Source: Bacteroidaceae bacterium (GTDB lineage Bacteria; Bacteroidota; Bacteroidia; Bacteroidales; Bacteroidaceae). Taken from it: a stretch of DNA of 64,000 nucleotides. The stretch is taken from the NCBI GenBank assembly GCA_017509605.1, contig JAFWPH010000068.1:1-64000 (forward strand), read 5' to 3'. Made by a program: the position numbers and the translations under genes. Below the pieces are notes generated by a model, which had not been told where the DNA came from, searched no databases, and saw only the letters and a program-made list of their open reading frames with translations. This document shows positions 40,681-49,811 of this stretch, piece by piece (position 1 is the first letter of the stretch; every line of letters begins with the position of its first letter).

Positions 40681-43245
40681 TCAATAGCTGATCTTTATCT
40701 CGAACCTGATGCCGTTTTTCTTCACATCGGGGTAATGGTAGTTGAGACGGCGCACATACTCGATGGTCAGGATATTGAAAATATTGGAGATACCCACCGA
40801 GAACTCCATATACGGTTTGCTACCCATCACACGGGTCGGCAGGTTGTCGTCTCCACGAGTGGGGAAAGCGAAGAGGCGCGGATCGTCGGTGGTGATGAAA
40901 GGATTGTTCTTGTCCGACAGGCCTCCCATCATCATCTTGAACCCGAGGTACTCACGTAGTTTGAGTCTGCTGATGAGCGGAACCCTGTTGAGCAGTTTAC
41001 CATTGAGGCTCCAGTTGAAATAGGCGGAGAAATAACGGTCGTTGAGGAACTCCATGTTGTCGAGCATATTGAACGACCAACTGTCGAACTGCACGAAGTA
41101 AGACAGGTTGGATGCTGGTACGAAGAGCATGGGGAACGGCACACGGCTCCACTGCACGCCACCTTTGAGATACGACTCGAGATAACCGCAGGCATAGGGA
41201 AGGTAGAAACGCCTATAGAACGAGGCCTCGGTGAGGTGGTAATTATAGTCGGAGCCAAAGAGTTTGTTGATGCCTATGGTGTGTTCGAGCGTCATGATTG
41301 TTGCGTTGTGGTTGGTAGCCTGACGTCTCTGCTTGGTGTTGGCGAACTGCTCGTTGGGCGCGTAGCGGAACGAAGTCTTGAGTTCGGTGAGCGTGATGTC
41401 GTGAACCAGTTCATTGGTTCCCATACGTTGATAGACAAGTTTGCCTGCTGGCTCGATGTTGGAATTGGAGAGGTCCAGCGTGGTGGTGAAGAAGGAGTTG
41501 GTCTCGTAGGTCCACTTGAGGTCGGCATTGCGCACGTACATCATCTTATCGACCTTGGTGGTCTTGAAAGCGGTGAGCGCGTTGTCTTTGTCCGTCTCAC
41601 TGAACTTATCGACAGGCGACATGGTGTCGTAACTGTAAGTTGCGGTAATTGAACGCCTTGGGAATTCATGTGCCATGTATTTCTTCTTATTGAAGGAATA
41701 CTCCAATTCTGCCTTGTATTTCCATTTCTCGTCCTTGAATCCGTATGCCCCGAAACCACGGAAGAAAAGGTGGGGATTGAGGTTACCCGTGGTCTGACCA
41801 CCCAATCTGAGTCGGAGTCCATCCACATAGTTGCTGGTGATAATGGTGTTGATGGGCATGAGGTCCACCTTGTTGGGCGCCTTGGTCAACTCCAAGGAGT
41901 TCTCAAGGAACAACTTGAGGGCTGTCATGAAAATTTGGTAGCCACTAAGTTTCTTGGTGTCGTTCACCATCTCGTCCAGTGTGTTTTCAGCTTCGGACAG
42001 CGGCATGGTGCGGACAGACTGCCAGAAGGTGGAATCCTTCGACGCGGCACCCGCATCCACGGTCTCAACTGCCTTATGCTGGTATATGGCCTTGTCGCTG
42101 AACTCCTCGAACTGGAAATTGCCGTAGGTAGTGAAGCGCTGCACCTGGAATTTCGCTCCGCCAAAGATGTAGGTGAGTTCCACAATCATGTCATCCAAAG
42201 TCATCACCCTCTGTCCATTGGGCAAAAGTGTGAAGTCCTGCTGGACAAGGAGGTTATCGACAAAGTTAACGCCCGACCTGCTGGGAATATTGAGCAGTGA
42301 ACGAGCCACCTGATAAGTGCCGTCGTCGAGGATATAGAGGTTGCCCATGAAACCGAAGTCCTGTGGATTGGCGGGCGTGAAAGCCACGTCGATACACCTC
42401 TGGCCGTTGATTTCAATGGTGTCATTGATATAATAATGATAAAAAGCTATAGCCTGGGATGACGAGATGGGACTGATGAACGGTGCCTTGAGCAAGCGCA
42501 CATTGTCTTCGTAAATGTTCACATCGGTGAAAGCGTCCTTCATGATGTCGTTAAAGAAATCGCCAGTAGAGAAGAGTGTGTTGTAACCCTCGGTATTCTC
42601 TCCTCGGACGTATGTCTTCTTCGCCTTAGGGTCCTTCCTGTAATATGTCTGGCTGAATTTCTCCTCGAACCAGAGCGGCAGAATCAGTTTACCCGTCTCA
42701 GGACACACCACCTCATGATCGGCAAGGAACTTGAAAGGCTTGAAGATCGGTATCTCCCAGGTCTTGGCCGACACTTCGTTGACGGAGAATGTACGTCTCT
42801 CATACCTGTCGAGTTGGTAGAAATCATTGTTCTCGATAGCATAGAGTTTCTTGTTGGCGATGACCTTTCGCATGAGTTCCACGGCCGGATTATCCTTGCG
42901 TTTATACTTCTCACGCTTCTGAACCACCGTCACATTGCCGAGCATCACATTATCTGCGAAGAGTTTGATGGTGGATGTCTGCTTGGCACGCTGATAGTTC
43001 ACGGTCACAATCAAGGTCTTGTATCCCACGGCCGAGACCTCCAGTTTGCTGTGTTCTGACGTGATAGGCACCTCGAACTTACCATCCATGTCGGTAATGG
43101 CTCCGATGGATGTGCCCTGATACCTCACGGTGACGAAAGGAAGGGGTTCGTTGGTCTGTCCATCGACCACTGTGCCATAAAACTGTGCCGAGGCACTCAG
43201 ACTGGCCATCATCAAGATGATGAACATGATATAGGATCTCCGCAT
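40681..43245 (-). CDS. Carboxypeptidase-regulatory-like domain plus DUF5686-like large secreted/outer-membrane protein
   Basis: Signal peptide, then FYGTVVDGQTNEPLPFVTVRYQGTSIGAITDMDGKFEV (CarbopepD_reg-like); 854 aa, beta-rich, ending in an aromatic residue. Confidence 0.5.
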   Translation of the reverse strand: MRRSYIMFIILMMASLSASAQFYGTVVDGQTNEPLPFVTVRYQGTSIGAITDMDGKFEVPITSEHSKLEVSAVGYKTLIVTVNYQRAKQTSTIKLFADNVMLGNVTVVQKREKYKRKDNPAVELMRKVIANKKLYAIENNDFYQLDRYERRTFSVNEVSAKTWEIPIFKPFKFLADHEVVCPETGKLILPLWFEEKFSQTYYRKDPKAKKTYVRGENTEGYNTLFSTGDFFNDIMKDAFTDVNIYEDNVRLLKAPFISPISSSQAIAFYHYYINDTIEINGQRCIDVAFTPANPQDFGFMGNLYILDDGTYQVARSLLNIPSRSGVNFVDNLLVQQDFTLLPNGQRVMTLDDMIVELTYIFGGAKFQVQRFTTYGNFQFEEFSDKAIYQHKAVETVDAGAASKDSTFWQSVRTMPLSEAENTLDEMVNDTKKLSGYQIFMTALKLFLENSLELTKAPNKVDLMPINTIITSNYVDGLRLRLGGQTTGNLNPHLFFRGFGAYGFKDEKWKYKAELEYSFNKKKYMAHEFPRRSITATYSYDTMSPVDKFSETDKDNALTAFKTTKVDKMMYVRNADLKWTYETNSFFTTTLDLSNSNIEPAGKLVYQRMGTNELVHDITLTELKTSFRYAPNEQFANTKQRRQATNHNATIMTLEHTIGINKLFGSDYNYHLTEASFYRRFYLPYACGYLESYLKGGVQWSRVPFPMLFVPASNLSYFVQFDSWSFNMLDNMEFLNDRYFSAYFNWSLNGKLLNRVPLISRLKLREYLGFKMMMGGLSDKNNPFITTDDPRLFAFPTRGDDNLPTRVMGSKPYMEFSVGISNIFNILTIEYVRRLNYHYPDVKKNGIRFEIKISY

Positions 43246-43346
43246 AATTCAATCTATTTAGTCACAAAAGTGTTATTCATATAGAAAGTTACGGAAAAGG
43301 CAAACAGGTGTGTCCTCTGTTTGCCCCTTCCTTCAAGTCTGTTTGA

Positions 43347-43784
43347 TTATTTTTTCCAGAACATCCATTTGGGATGAGGTGGTTTCGCTTCAGTGAATTC
43401 ATCACGAACGCGACGGCGTATGATTTGCTCGTAGGTCTTGTTCTCCTTGATAATCCGGTAAATCGTAGGCCAGTCGGGCAATCCGCCTATGTTACGGTCA
43501 TCGATGAAGATGTCGGCATTCAGTTTACACGACAATCCAGCGCCGCGTTTCTCATCGAAGAGGTCAGAGTTTTCATTGTTGACAGCGTAAAAATACACTC
43601 CTCTTTCCTCGCACCACTTGATAGCCTCCTCAAGCAGGTCGCCAGTGCGCATGGTCCAAAGCACGACCTTATAGCGCTCTGCGATCAACTGCCGGAGAAT
43701 TTCAGTAGCGAAAGGCCTCTCTTCGCCTATCTTCGGATACTTGTGCTCACAAATGGTGCCGTCGAAATCTACTGCGATAATCAT
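43347..43784 (-). CDS. Small HAD-superfamily phosphatase-like protein
   Basis: Motif I VDFDGTI (DxDGT), a motif II-like VVLWT, and a C-terminal DIFIDDRN (acidic motif IV); 145 aa. Confidence 0.45.
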   Translation of the reverse strand: MIIAVDFDGTICEHKYPKIGEERPFATEILRQLIAERYKVVLWTMRTGDLLEEAIKWCEERGVYFYAVNNENSDLFDEKRGAGLSCKLNADIFIDDRNIGGLPDWPTIYRIIKENKTYEQIIRRRVRDEFTEAKPPHPKWMFWKK

Positions 43785-43808
43785 TAGTCCGTATTGATGA
43801 GATTAAAC

Positions 43809-46295
43809 TTATACCTCGTCGAGCTTCTCACCCTTCTTGTCACCGTAGCCATAGCCGTAACCATAGCCATAACCGTAACCATATCCGTAACCATGTCCGT
43901 AGCCCTTATGTCCATAGTAGCCACCATAGCGTGAATAGGATCCGTAACCGTTATTGGAAGTCACCTTGTAGGCATTGAAGATGAGGTTGAGGTTAGGCAG
44001 GCGGTTCTCCACTGCGAGCGAGTTGGCGAAATCGACATCGGCCTTGAGTGTGTAGTTGGCGCGGATCACAAAGAGTGTGAGGTCAGCAACACGTCCGATG
44101 GACAGTGTATCAGACACAATACCTACAGGAGCGGTGTCGAGCAACACATAGTCATACTTCTTCTTCAGGTAGTTGATGGCGTTCGGCAAGTTCTCACGCT
44201 CCAGCAACTCTGAAGGGTTGGGGGGCACAGCACCTGCAGGAAGGATATCGAGGTTCTCGCTGACACCCGAATTCATGATGAGTGTTTCCAAATACTCGAA
44301 ATCCTCAGGATCACGTGCGAGGAAGTTGGAGATACCCTTCTCTGTGTCTGGCAGGTCGAAAAGTGAGGCCAGACGTGGCTTACGGATATCAAGACCCATA
44401 AGCAGCACTTTCTTGCCCATAAACGCGATACTTGCTCCAAGGTTAGAGGCGATAGAAGTCTTACCTTCGCCAGCAGAGCTGGAAGTGAAGAGGATGACAT
44501 TCTGTCCTGGCTTCAGGACGAAAGGCAGGTTGGAGCGGAGTGCTCGATAGACTTCGACCATCACGCTGTTCTTGTTCTCCTGTACAACCACGGTACGGTT
44601 TCCACCGGCCAGAGCCTTGACAAAAGGAATAGTACCCAACAACGGGATATCGGTGAGTTTGGCAATATCCTCCTTGTCTTCCACACGGAAGCTGAACAAG
44701 TTCTTCAGGTAGATGTAGATGATAGGCAGGGCGAATCCAATGAGCAAAGCCAAAAGCATGATCACTGAACGACGAGGCGACACTGGACGTGGGTTGACAG
44801 ATGGCTCGTCGATGATTTTAGCCTTGAGCGCTGTGGAAGCGAGTGTGATAGCGTTTTCCTCTCTCTTCTGCAACAGCATGAGGTAGAGTCCTGCCTTCAC
44901 TTCTTGCTGGCGGCTGATGTCTTTCAGCGCACGCTCCTTGGTCGGGGATGATGAAATCTTGGTGTTGTACTTGTTGAGCTGGCCTTGCAAGTCACTCCTT
45001 TGAATTTGGAGCTGACGTTTCGCACTGGCCAGTGATGCCCTCACACCTGTAAGGTACTCGTTAGCCTGGCTTGTGGCAGCCACGACGCTTGGCGCTGTTT
45101 CTGAACTCGAGCGCAGGAGGCGGTTGCGCTCCATGACGCTCTCGTTGTACTTTGTGATCATCGAAATGAGTGCAGCGTCCTTCAGTCCCACATTGGCGGG
45201 AATCACATCGAGGTTGTTGCGTGCGGAGTTGACGTGGTCGATCAGAGCGTCGATCAGACTGATCTGGGTTCCCACATCCACCAATTCCTGCTCATAGCGC
45301 AGGTTCTGCTGTATGTTGACGTTCGCATCACTCTGGTAGTCCACCATACCTGTGCTGCGCTTGTACTGTTCCAACTCCGACTCGGTCATGTTCAACTCCT
45401 TGGTGATGAGTCCGAGACGCTCCTCAATGAAGTCAGCGGTCTTGGATGCCTCCAGGTTGTTATCGACATTGGCCTCCTCATTGTAAATCTCAATCAGTTT
45501 GTTGAGATAATCAGCTGAACGTTTGGGGATATTGTCAGTACGAGAGATATACGCGATGGTAGTGGTTTTTGAGGTGGGCTCAATCGACAAAGTGTTGGCG
45601 TATCCAAGCGATGTGCGCTCCAACGGGCTGATGAACACATAAAGGGTCTTGTCGAAGTCGGTCGGGGCATTGTTGTTTCTGATGAAAGTGAACTCACCGA
45701 ATTCGGTGTTCACTTTAGCGGGGAATGTCTCTATTTTCTTCTCAAGCTCAGCGTCACGATACCTGATTTCCACCTCCACACCTGCGCCACTGGGTTCAAT
45801 GGTCATACCGACTGTGGAGTTGAGAGAGTCAAGGTGCTCGCTGTCGATCTCGACCCACACAGGTGAATAATCACGGTAGATCTCGCGGTCCTTAACCTTT
45901 CCTTTATTATAGTATGAGGTGTACAACTCAAGTTCCTTGACAACTTTCTTGTTGAGTGTCTTGGTACCCAACACCTCTATCTCGTTGTCGAAACCAGAAC
46001 TGTTGTTCATGAAACCAAGGTCTTGCACCTGAAGGGCAGCTGCCGCTCCAGATCCTCTGCTGTTATCCACATCCTTGATCAAGACCTTTGTGTGAACGTT
46101 ATAAATAGGAGTGGCATATCTCAGGTAGATATATGCCAGCGCCATGCACACTAAAACTGATATAAGAAACCAATACTTGTAGCGAAGGAAAGTGAACCAC
46201 AGTTTTCGGATGTCGAACAATGATTCTTCCTCATTGTTGTCATAGCTGTAGCCGTATCCGTTCTCAGACTTCTCGTTCTCTCTGATTTTTTCCAT
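43809..46295 (-). CDS. Second polysaccharide co-polymerase / BY-kinase (Wzc-like) paralog with (Gly-Tyr)n tail
   Basis: Start MEKIRENEKSENGYGYSYDNNEE, TM helix, Wzz-like periplasmic domain, Walker A SSSAGEGKTSIASNLG, DxD motif LLMGLDIRK, and a tail YGHGYGYGYGYGYGYGYGYGDKK. The internal ATG at 46295 is preferred over 46376. Confidence 0.85.
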   Translation of the reverse strand: MEKIRENEKSENGYGYSYDNNEEESLFDIRKLWFTFLRYKYWFLISVLVCMALAYIYLRYATPIYNVHTKVLIKDVDNSRGSGAAAALQVQDLGFMNNSSGFDNEIEVLGTKTLNKKVVKELELYTSYYNKGKVKDREIYRDYSPVWVEIDSEHLDSLNSTVGMTIEPSGAGVEVEIRYRDAELEKKIETFPAKVNTEFGEFTFIRNNNAPTDFDKTLYVFISPLERTSLGYANTLSIEPTSKTTTIAYISRTDNIPKRSADYLNKLIEIYNEEANVDNNLEASKTADFIEERLGLITKELNMTESELEQYKRSTGMVDYQSDANVNIQQNLRYEQELVDVGTQISLIDALIDHVNSARNNLDVIPANVGLKDAALISMITKYNESVMERNRLLRSSSETAPSVVAATSQANEYLTGVRASLASAKRQLQIQRSDLQGQLNKYNTKISSSPTKERALKDISRQQEVKAGLYLMLLQKREENAITLASTALKAKIIDEPSVNPRPVSPRRSVIMLLALLIGFALPIIYIYLKNLFSFRVEDKEDIAKLTDIPLLGTIPFVKALAGGNRTVVVQENKNSVMVEVYRALRSNLPFVLKPGQNVILFTSSSAGEGKTSIASNLGASIAFMGKKVLLMGLDIRKPRLASLFDLPDTEKGISNFLARDPEDFEYLETLIMNSGVSENLDILPAGAVPPNPSELLERENLPNAINYLKKKYDYVLLDTAPVGIVSDTLSIGRVADLTLFVIRANYTLKADVDFANSLAVENRLPNLNLIFNAYKVTSNNGYGSYSRYGGYYGHKGYGHGYGYGYGYGYGYGYGYGDKKGEKLDEV
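43842..43950 (-). repeat. Hexanucleotide tandem repeat (GCCATA/ACCGTA)n encoding the Gly-Tyr tail of the second BY kinase
   Basis: Direct reading of the sequence shows the same repeat class as at 817-920. Confidence 0.7.
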
Positions 46296-46574
46296 TTTAT
46301 GTGATTTAAAATTGCCGATTTTGTAACCGTTTTGAAAACAGCGTTCAAAGTAACACAATTTTAGCGACATGAGCAAATCTTGTGCATTAAAAACACCTTT
46401 TAGTAAAGTTTTTTAAGTAAAAGAGGTGCAATTATGATAAAAAATGACTAATTTTGCATTTTAAGGGCAAAAGAGAGCGAATAAGGCGGAAAATGTCATT
46501 TCAAAGGCCGCATTCGCGCGTTCGTCTCAGCTTAAAACACACTAAAAAACAAAAATCATTTTAGACAAACAGAA

Positions 46575-47228
46575 ATGGGATTTTTAGATAAACTATTCCG
46601 ACGCAAGAAGAAGGAAGACAAGACGGGCGGCCTGGAGGATTTCATGTCGCTTATCAGGGTTTATTTCCAAAGTACCCTTGCCGCCAAACTCGGCATCACA
46701 AACCTCGGGGTTTTTCCCGACTTGGCCACTTTCAAACGCACGCTTCACGTTCAGACCGTGAACAACAAACTCGGTGTGGGCGAGAAGAAGGTATGTGCCA
46801 AGATGCTTCAGGACATCTATGGCCTACAGGAGTCATTTTTTGAGGAGATAGAGCAAAGCATCAAGAAAGGTTGCAAGACTCAGAACGATGTGCGTAACTA
46901 CCTGTTCCTTTTCCAAGGTTTCAGCCAGGACATCATCATGCTTATGGGCAACCTGCTGAAATGGAAGTTCAGGATTCCTTCGTTCCTGAAGAACGCGCTC
47001 AAGCAAGTGACGGCGAAATCCGTCCATGACATTTTCTCAAAAGATGTCTGGTCCGACGAAGCCACACGTAAGGCAGTCTATTCAGTACGGAGCTACCAGC
47101 AGCGTCTGGGCTTCAGTGAGCAATGGATCACTGACTATGTGTTCAACGTGATGCTCCTGGCAAAGAAAGAGCCACGTCCATCTCAAGAGGAAGTGGAAAA
47201 AGCCGAGAGCAAGATGAAAAACAAATAG
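46575..47228 (+). CDS. Hypothetical soluble protein
   Basis: 217-aa ORF with a basic N-terminus (FRRKKKEDK) and no TM segments or recognisable motifs. It lies in a clean gap between the wzc paralog and the zapA/rny group. Confidence 0.45.
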   Translation: MGFLDKLFRRKKKEDKTGGLEDFMSLIRVYFQSTLAAKLGITNLGVFPDLATFKRTLHVQTVNNKLGVGEKKVCAKMLQDIYGLQESFFEEIEQSIKKGCKTQNDVRNYLFLFQGFSQDIIMLMGNLLKWKFRIPSFLKNALKQVTAKSVHDIFSKDVWSDEATRKAVYSVRSYQQRLGFSEQWITDYVFNVMLLAKKEPRPSQEEVEKAESKMKNK

Positions 47229-47311
47229 CAAAACTGCATTTTTGTTGCTAAAAGGTTGGATAATACGATAGTATTGAATATTTTTGCACAACAATTGGTG
47301 AAGTTTCAACT

Positions 47312-47644
47312 ATGACTGAAGAAGAAAGAAAACAATTAAAGACTTTCGAAAGCAGGGTTCTGGTTCTCCTTCAAGAATTCAAGGAACAATCCACTCAGCT
47401 TGAGTCACTCAGAGAGGACTTGGAGCTGAAAGACATGGAGATTGAGCTTCTGAAAGAGGAACTGAAGCAGAGCAATGAGAACTACACCAGTTTAAAGATA
47501 GCACGGATGATGGAGTTTAGCCACGACGACGTGAAGGAGGCGCGGCAACGCATCACCAAACTCGTGCGCGAAGTGAATAAGTGCATCTCACTCTTAGTGA
47601 CCAACGAGGACCATCCTACCAACCCACAACCTGGGACGGATTGA
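47312..47644 (+). CDS. Small coiled-coil protein (ZapB-like) upstream of zapA
   Basis: 110 aa, almost entirely heptad-repeat coiled coil, at a conserved position ahead of zapA-rny. Confidence 0.45.
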   Translation: MTEEERKQLKTFESRVLVLLQEFKEQSTQLESLREDLELKDMEIELLKEELKQSNENYTSLKIARMMEFSHDDVKEARQRITKLVREVNKCISLLVTNEDHPTNPQPGTD

Positions 47645-47702
47645 GCCTCTTGGCTCTGACAGCATCACTGTCGGTTAAGACACAAAGAGAAGCAATATAA
47701 CA

Positions 47703-48014
47703 ATGGAGAAGGGAAGACAGAACATCACCATCACAGTGGAAGGCATACCATTGCCTATGACTGTTGCGGACGCTACCGAAGAGGAAGTGTTCCGCAAGGC
47801 TGCCACTGAGGTCCAGTCCCGGTTGCGTTTTCTCCGCACCACCTACCCTGGTCTGCCTTCCAACACCTACTACTACTCAATGGCGATGCTGTTGACAGCA
47901 GTAGATAAGATCAAAATGAGCATGAATGTGGACAACTCCCCCATTTTCGACACATTGAACGACCTTCAAAACGAGATTGACGGGGCTATTGCAAGCAGCA
48001 GGAAGAAGAAATAA
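47703..48014 (+). CDS. zapA: Cell division protein ZapA
   Basis: 103 aa with the ZapA-like start (ITVEGIPLPMTV...) and a C-terminal helical region. It lies directly upstream of rny, as in many Bacteroidota and Firmicutes. Confidence 0.6.
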   Translation: MEKGRQNITITVEGIPLPMTVADATEEEVFRKAATEVQSRLRFLRTTYPGLPSNTYYYSMAMLLTAVDKIKMSMNVDNSPIFDTLNDLQNEIDGAIASSRKKK

Positions 48015-48083
48015 AACACTTTTCCCTTCACTGTCACCACATTTCATGGGCCATTAAGACCTGACATTAGCAAACCACTTATT

Positions 48084-48146
48084 CAGCGCACAACGACATC
48101 AGATGACTCAAAAAAGGGCATCAGGTGTATTGTGCGCTGTTTTTTT
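48084..48146 (+). terminator. Stem-loop plus U7: rho-independent terminator or attenuator between zapA and rny
   Basis: 10-bp perfect inverted repeat CAGCGCACAA-N36-TTGTGCGCTG followed by TTTTTTT, about 20 nt before the rny start. Confidence 0.55.
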
Positions 48147-48167
48147 AATAACAACACTAATAAAATT

Positions 48168-49730
48168 ATGGTAATCATTGGAATAATCGCAGCACTGCTT
48201 GTAGGCGTAGCAATTGGATACGCACTGTTTCGCTACGTGGTGAAACAGAAATACAACCAATACATCAAGGATGGAGAAGACAAAGCCCGTCTTTTCATGG
48301 AAAAAGCCAAAGACGAGGCTGAAAACATGAAAAAAGACAAACTCCTTGAAGTGAAAGAGAAATTCATCAACAAGAAAGCAGAACTTGAGAAAGAGGTTTC
48401 GGCACGCAACCAGAAGCTGCAGCAAGCCGAGAACAAGCTGAAGCAGAGAGAAATCTCCCTCAACCAGCGTCATGAGGACTTGCAACGTAAAAAAGCGGAG
48501 AACGAGGCTATGCAAGAGAAACTCGCCGCTCAGCAGAATGTCATCACCAAAAAGCAGGCTGAACTCGACAACCTTCAGAAACAAGAACGCGAGAAGTTGG
48601 AAACCATCAGCGGTCTGTCGGCAGAAGAAGCCAAGAACCGTCTCATGGACAGCATGAAGGACGAGGCCAAGACCCAGGCACAGCAGTACATCAACGAGAT
48701 TATCGATGACGCCAAGCTCCAGGCCAACAAAGAGGCCAAGCGCATCGTAATCCAAAGCATACAGAGAGTGGCGACCGAAACAGCTATCGAGAACTCCGTG
48801 ACGGTGTTCCATATCGACTCCGATGAGATCAAGGGTCGTGTGATTGGCCGCGAAGGACGCAACATCCGCGCTTTGGAGGCCGCCGCAGGTGTGGAAATCG
48901 TGGTGGACGACACACCCGAGGCCATTGTCATCTCCGCTTTCGACCCTGTTCGTCGCGAGATTTGCCGTTTGGCGCTTCACCAGCTTGTGGCCGATGGCCG
49001 TATCCACCCCGCCCGTATTGAGGAAGTGGTAGCCAAGGTGAAGAAACAAGTTGAGGAGGAAGTGATTGAGACGGGCAAACGCACAGCCATCGACCTTGGC
49101 ATCCATGGCTTGCACCCGGAACTCATCCGAATCATCGGAAAGATGAAATACCGCTCTTCATACGGACAAAACCTGTTGCAGCACGCCAGAGAAACCGCCA
49201 ACCTCTGTGCCATTATGGCCTCAGAACTTGGCCTCAACCCCAAGAAGGCACGTCGTGCAGGTCTGCTTCACGACATCGGCAAGGTGCCCGACGAGGAGCC
49301 CGAGATGCCACACGCACTCTACGGAGCGAAAATCGCTGAGAAATACAAGGAGAAGCCCGATATCTGCAACGCCATCGGAGCACACCATGACGAAACCGAG
49401 ATGAACACGTTGCTTGCACCCATCGTGCAAGTCTGCGACGCCATCTCTGGCGCACGCCCTGGTGCACGCCGTGAGATTGTAGAAGCCTACATCAAACGTC
49501 TGAACGACCTCGAGCAACTCGCCATGAGTTATCCTGGTGTGACCAAGACTTATGCCATCCAGGCCGGCCGAGAACTGCGCGTGATTGTAGGCGCCGACAA
49601 GATTGACGACAAGCAGACGGAAAGCCTCAGTGCAGAGATAGCCAAGAAGATACAAGACGAGATGACTTACCCGGGCCAAGTGAAAATCACTGTCATCAGG
49701 GAAACCAGAGCCATCAGTTTCGCAAAATAA
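48168..49730 (+). CDS. rny: Ribonuclease Y
   Basis: N-terminal TM helix, coiled coil, KH domain ([13 protein letters not shown]) and HD domain (LLHDIGK). The internal ATG at 48168 is preferred. Confidence 0.9.
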   Translation: MVIIGIIAALLVGVAIGYALFRYVVKQKYNQYIKDGEDKARLFMEKAKDEAENMKKDKLLEVKEKFINKKAELEKEVSARNQKLQQAENKLKQREISLNQRHEDLQRKKAENEAMQEKLAAQQNVITKKQAELDNLQKQEREKLETISGLSAEEAKNRLMDSMKDEAKTQAQQYINEIIDDAKLQANKEAKRIVIQSIQRVATETAIENSVTVFHIDSDEIKGRVIGREGRNIRALEAAAGVEIVVDDTPEAIVISAFDPVRREICRLALHQLVADGRIHPARIEEVVAKVKKQVEEEVIETGKRTAIDLGIHGLHPELIRIIGKMKYRSSYGQNLLQHARETANLCAIMASELGLNPKKARRAGLLHDIGKVPDEEPEMPHALYGAKIAEKYKEKPDICNAIGAHHDETEMNTLLAPIVQVCDAISGARPGARREIVEAYIKRLNDLEQLAMSYPGVTKTYAIQAGRELRVIVGADKIDDKQTESLSAEIAKKIQDEMTYPGQVKITVIRETRAISFAK

Positions 49731-49738
49731 CAGAAAGC

Positions 49739-49784
49739 ACCACCTTGGACCACAATTTCAGAGAATTGGCAGTTCCAAGGTGGT
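49739..49784 (+). other. 11-bp inverted repeat stem-loop 3' of rny, without a U-tract
   Basis: ACCACCTTGGA-N24-TCCAAGGTGGT read directly. Confidence 0.35.
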
Positions 49785-49811
49785 TCACTATGTTCCTCCG
49801 GTATTGACATA

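Noticed and set aside
41668-42300. 210-aa plus-strand ORF inside the DUF5686 gene
   Set aside because: It is antisense within a long continuous 854-aa CDS with signal peptide.
39986-46574. Idea that the tRNA-Thr marks a genomic island containing the kinase/phosphatase module
   Set aside because: There is no integrase, no transposase, no direct repeat of the tRNA 3' end seen downstream, and no visible compositional shift. Gene content is Bacteroidota-typical.
48108-49115. 335-aa minus-strand ORF inside rny
   Set aside because: It is antisense to RNase Y, whose KH/HD motifs are unambiguous on the plus strand.
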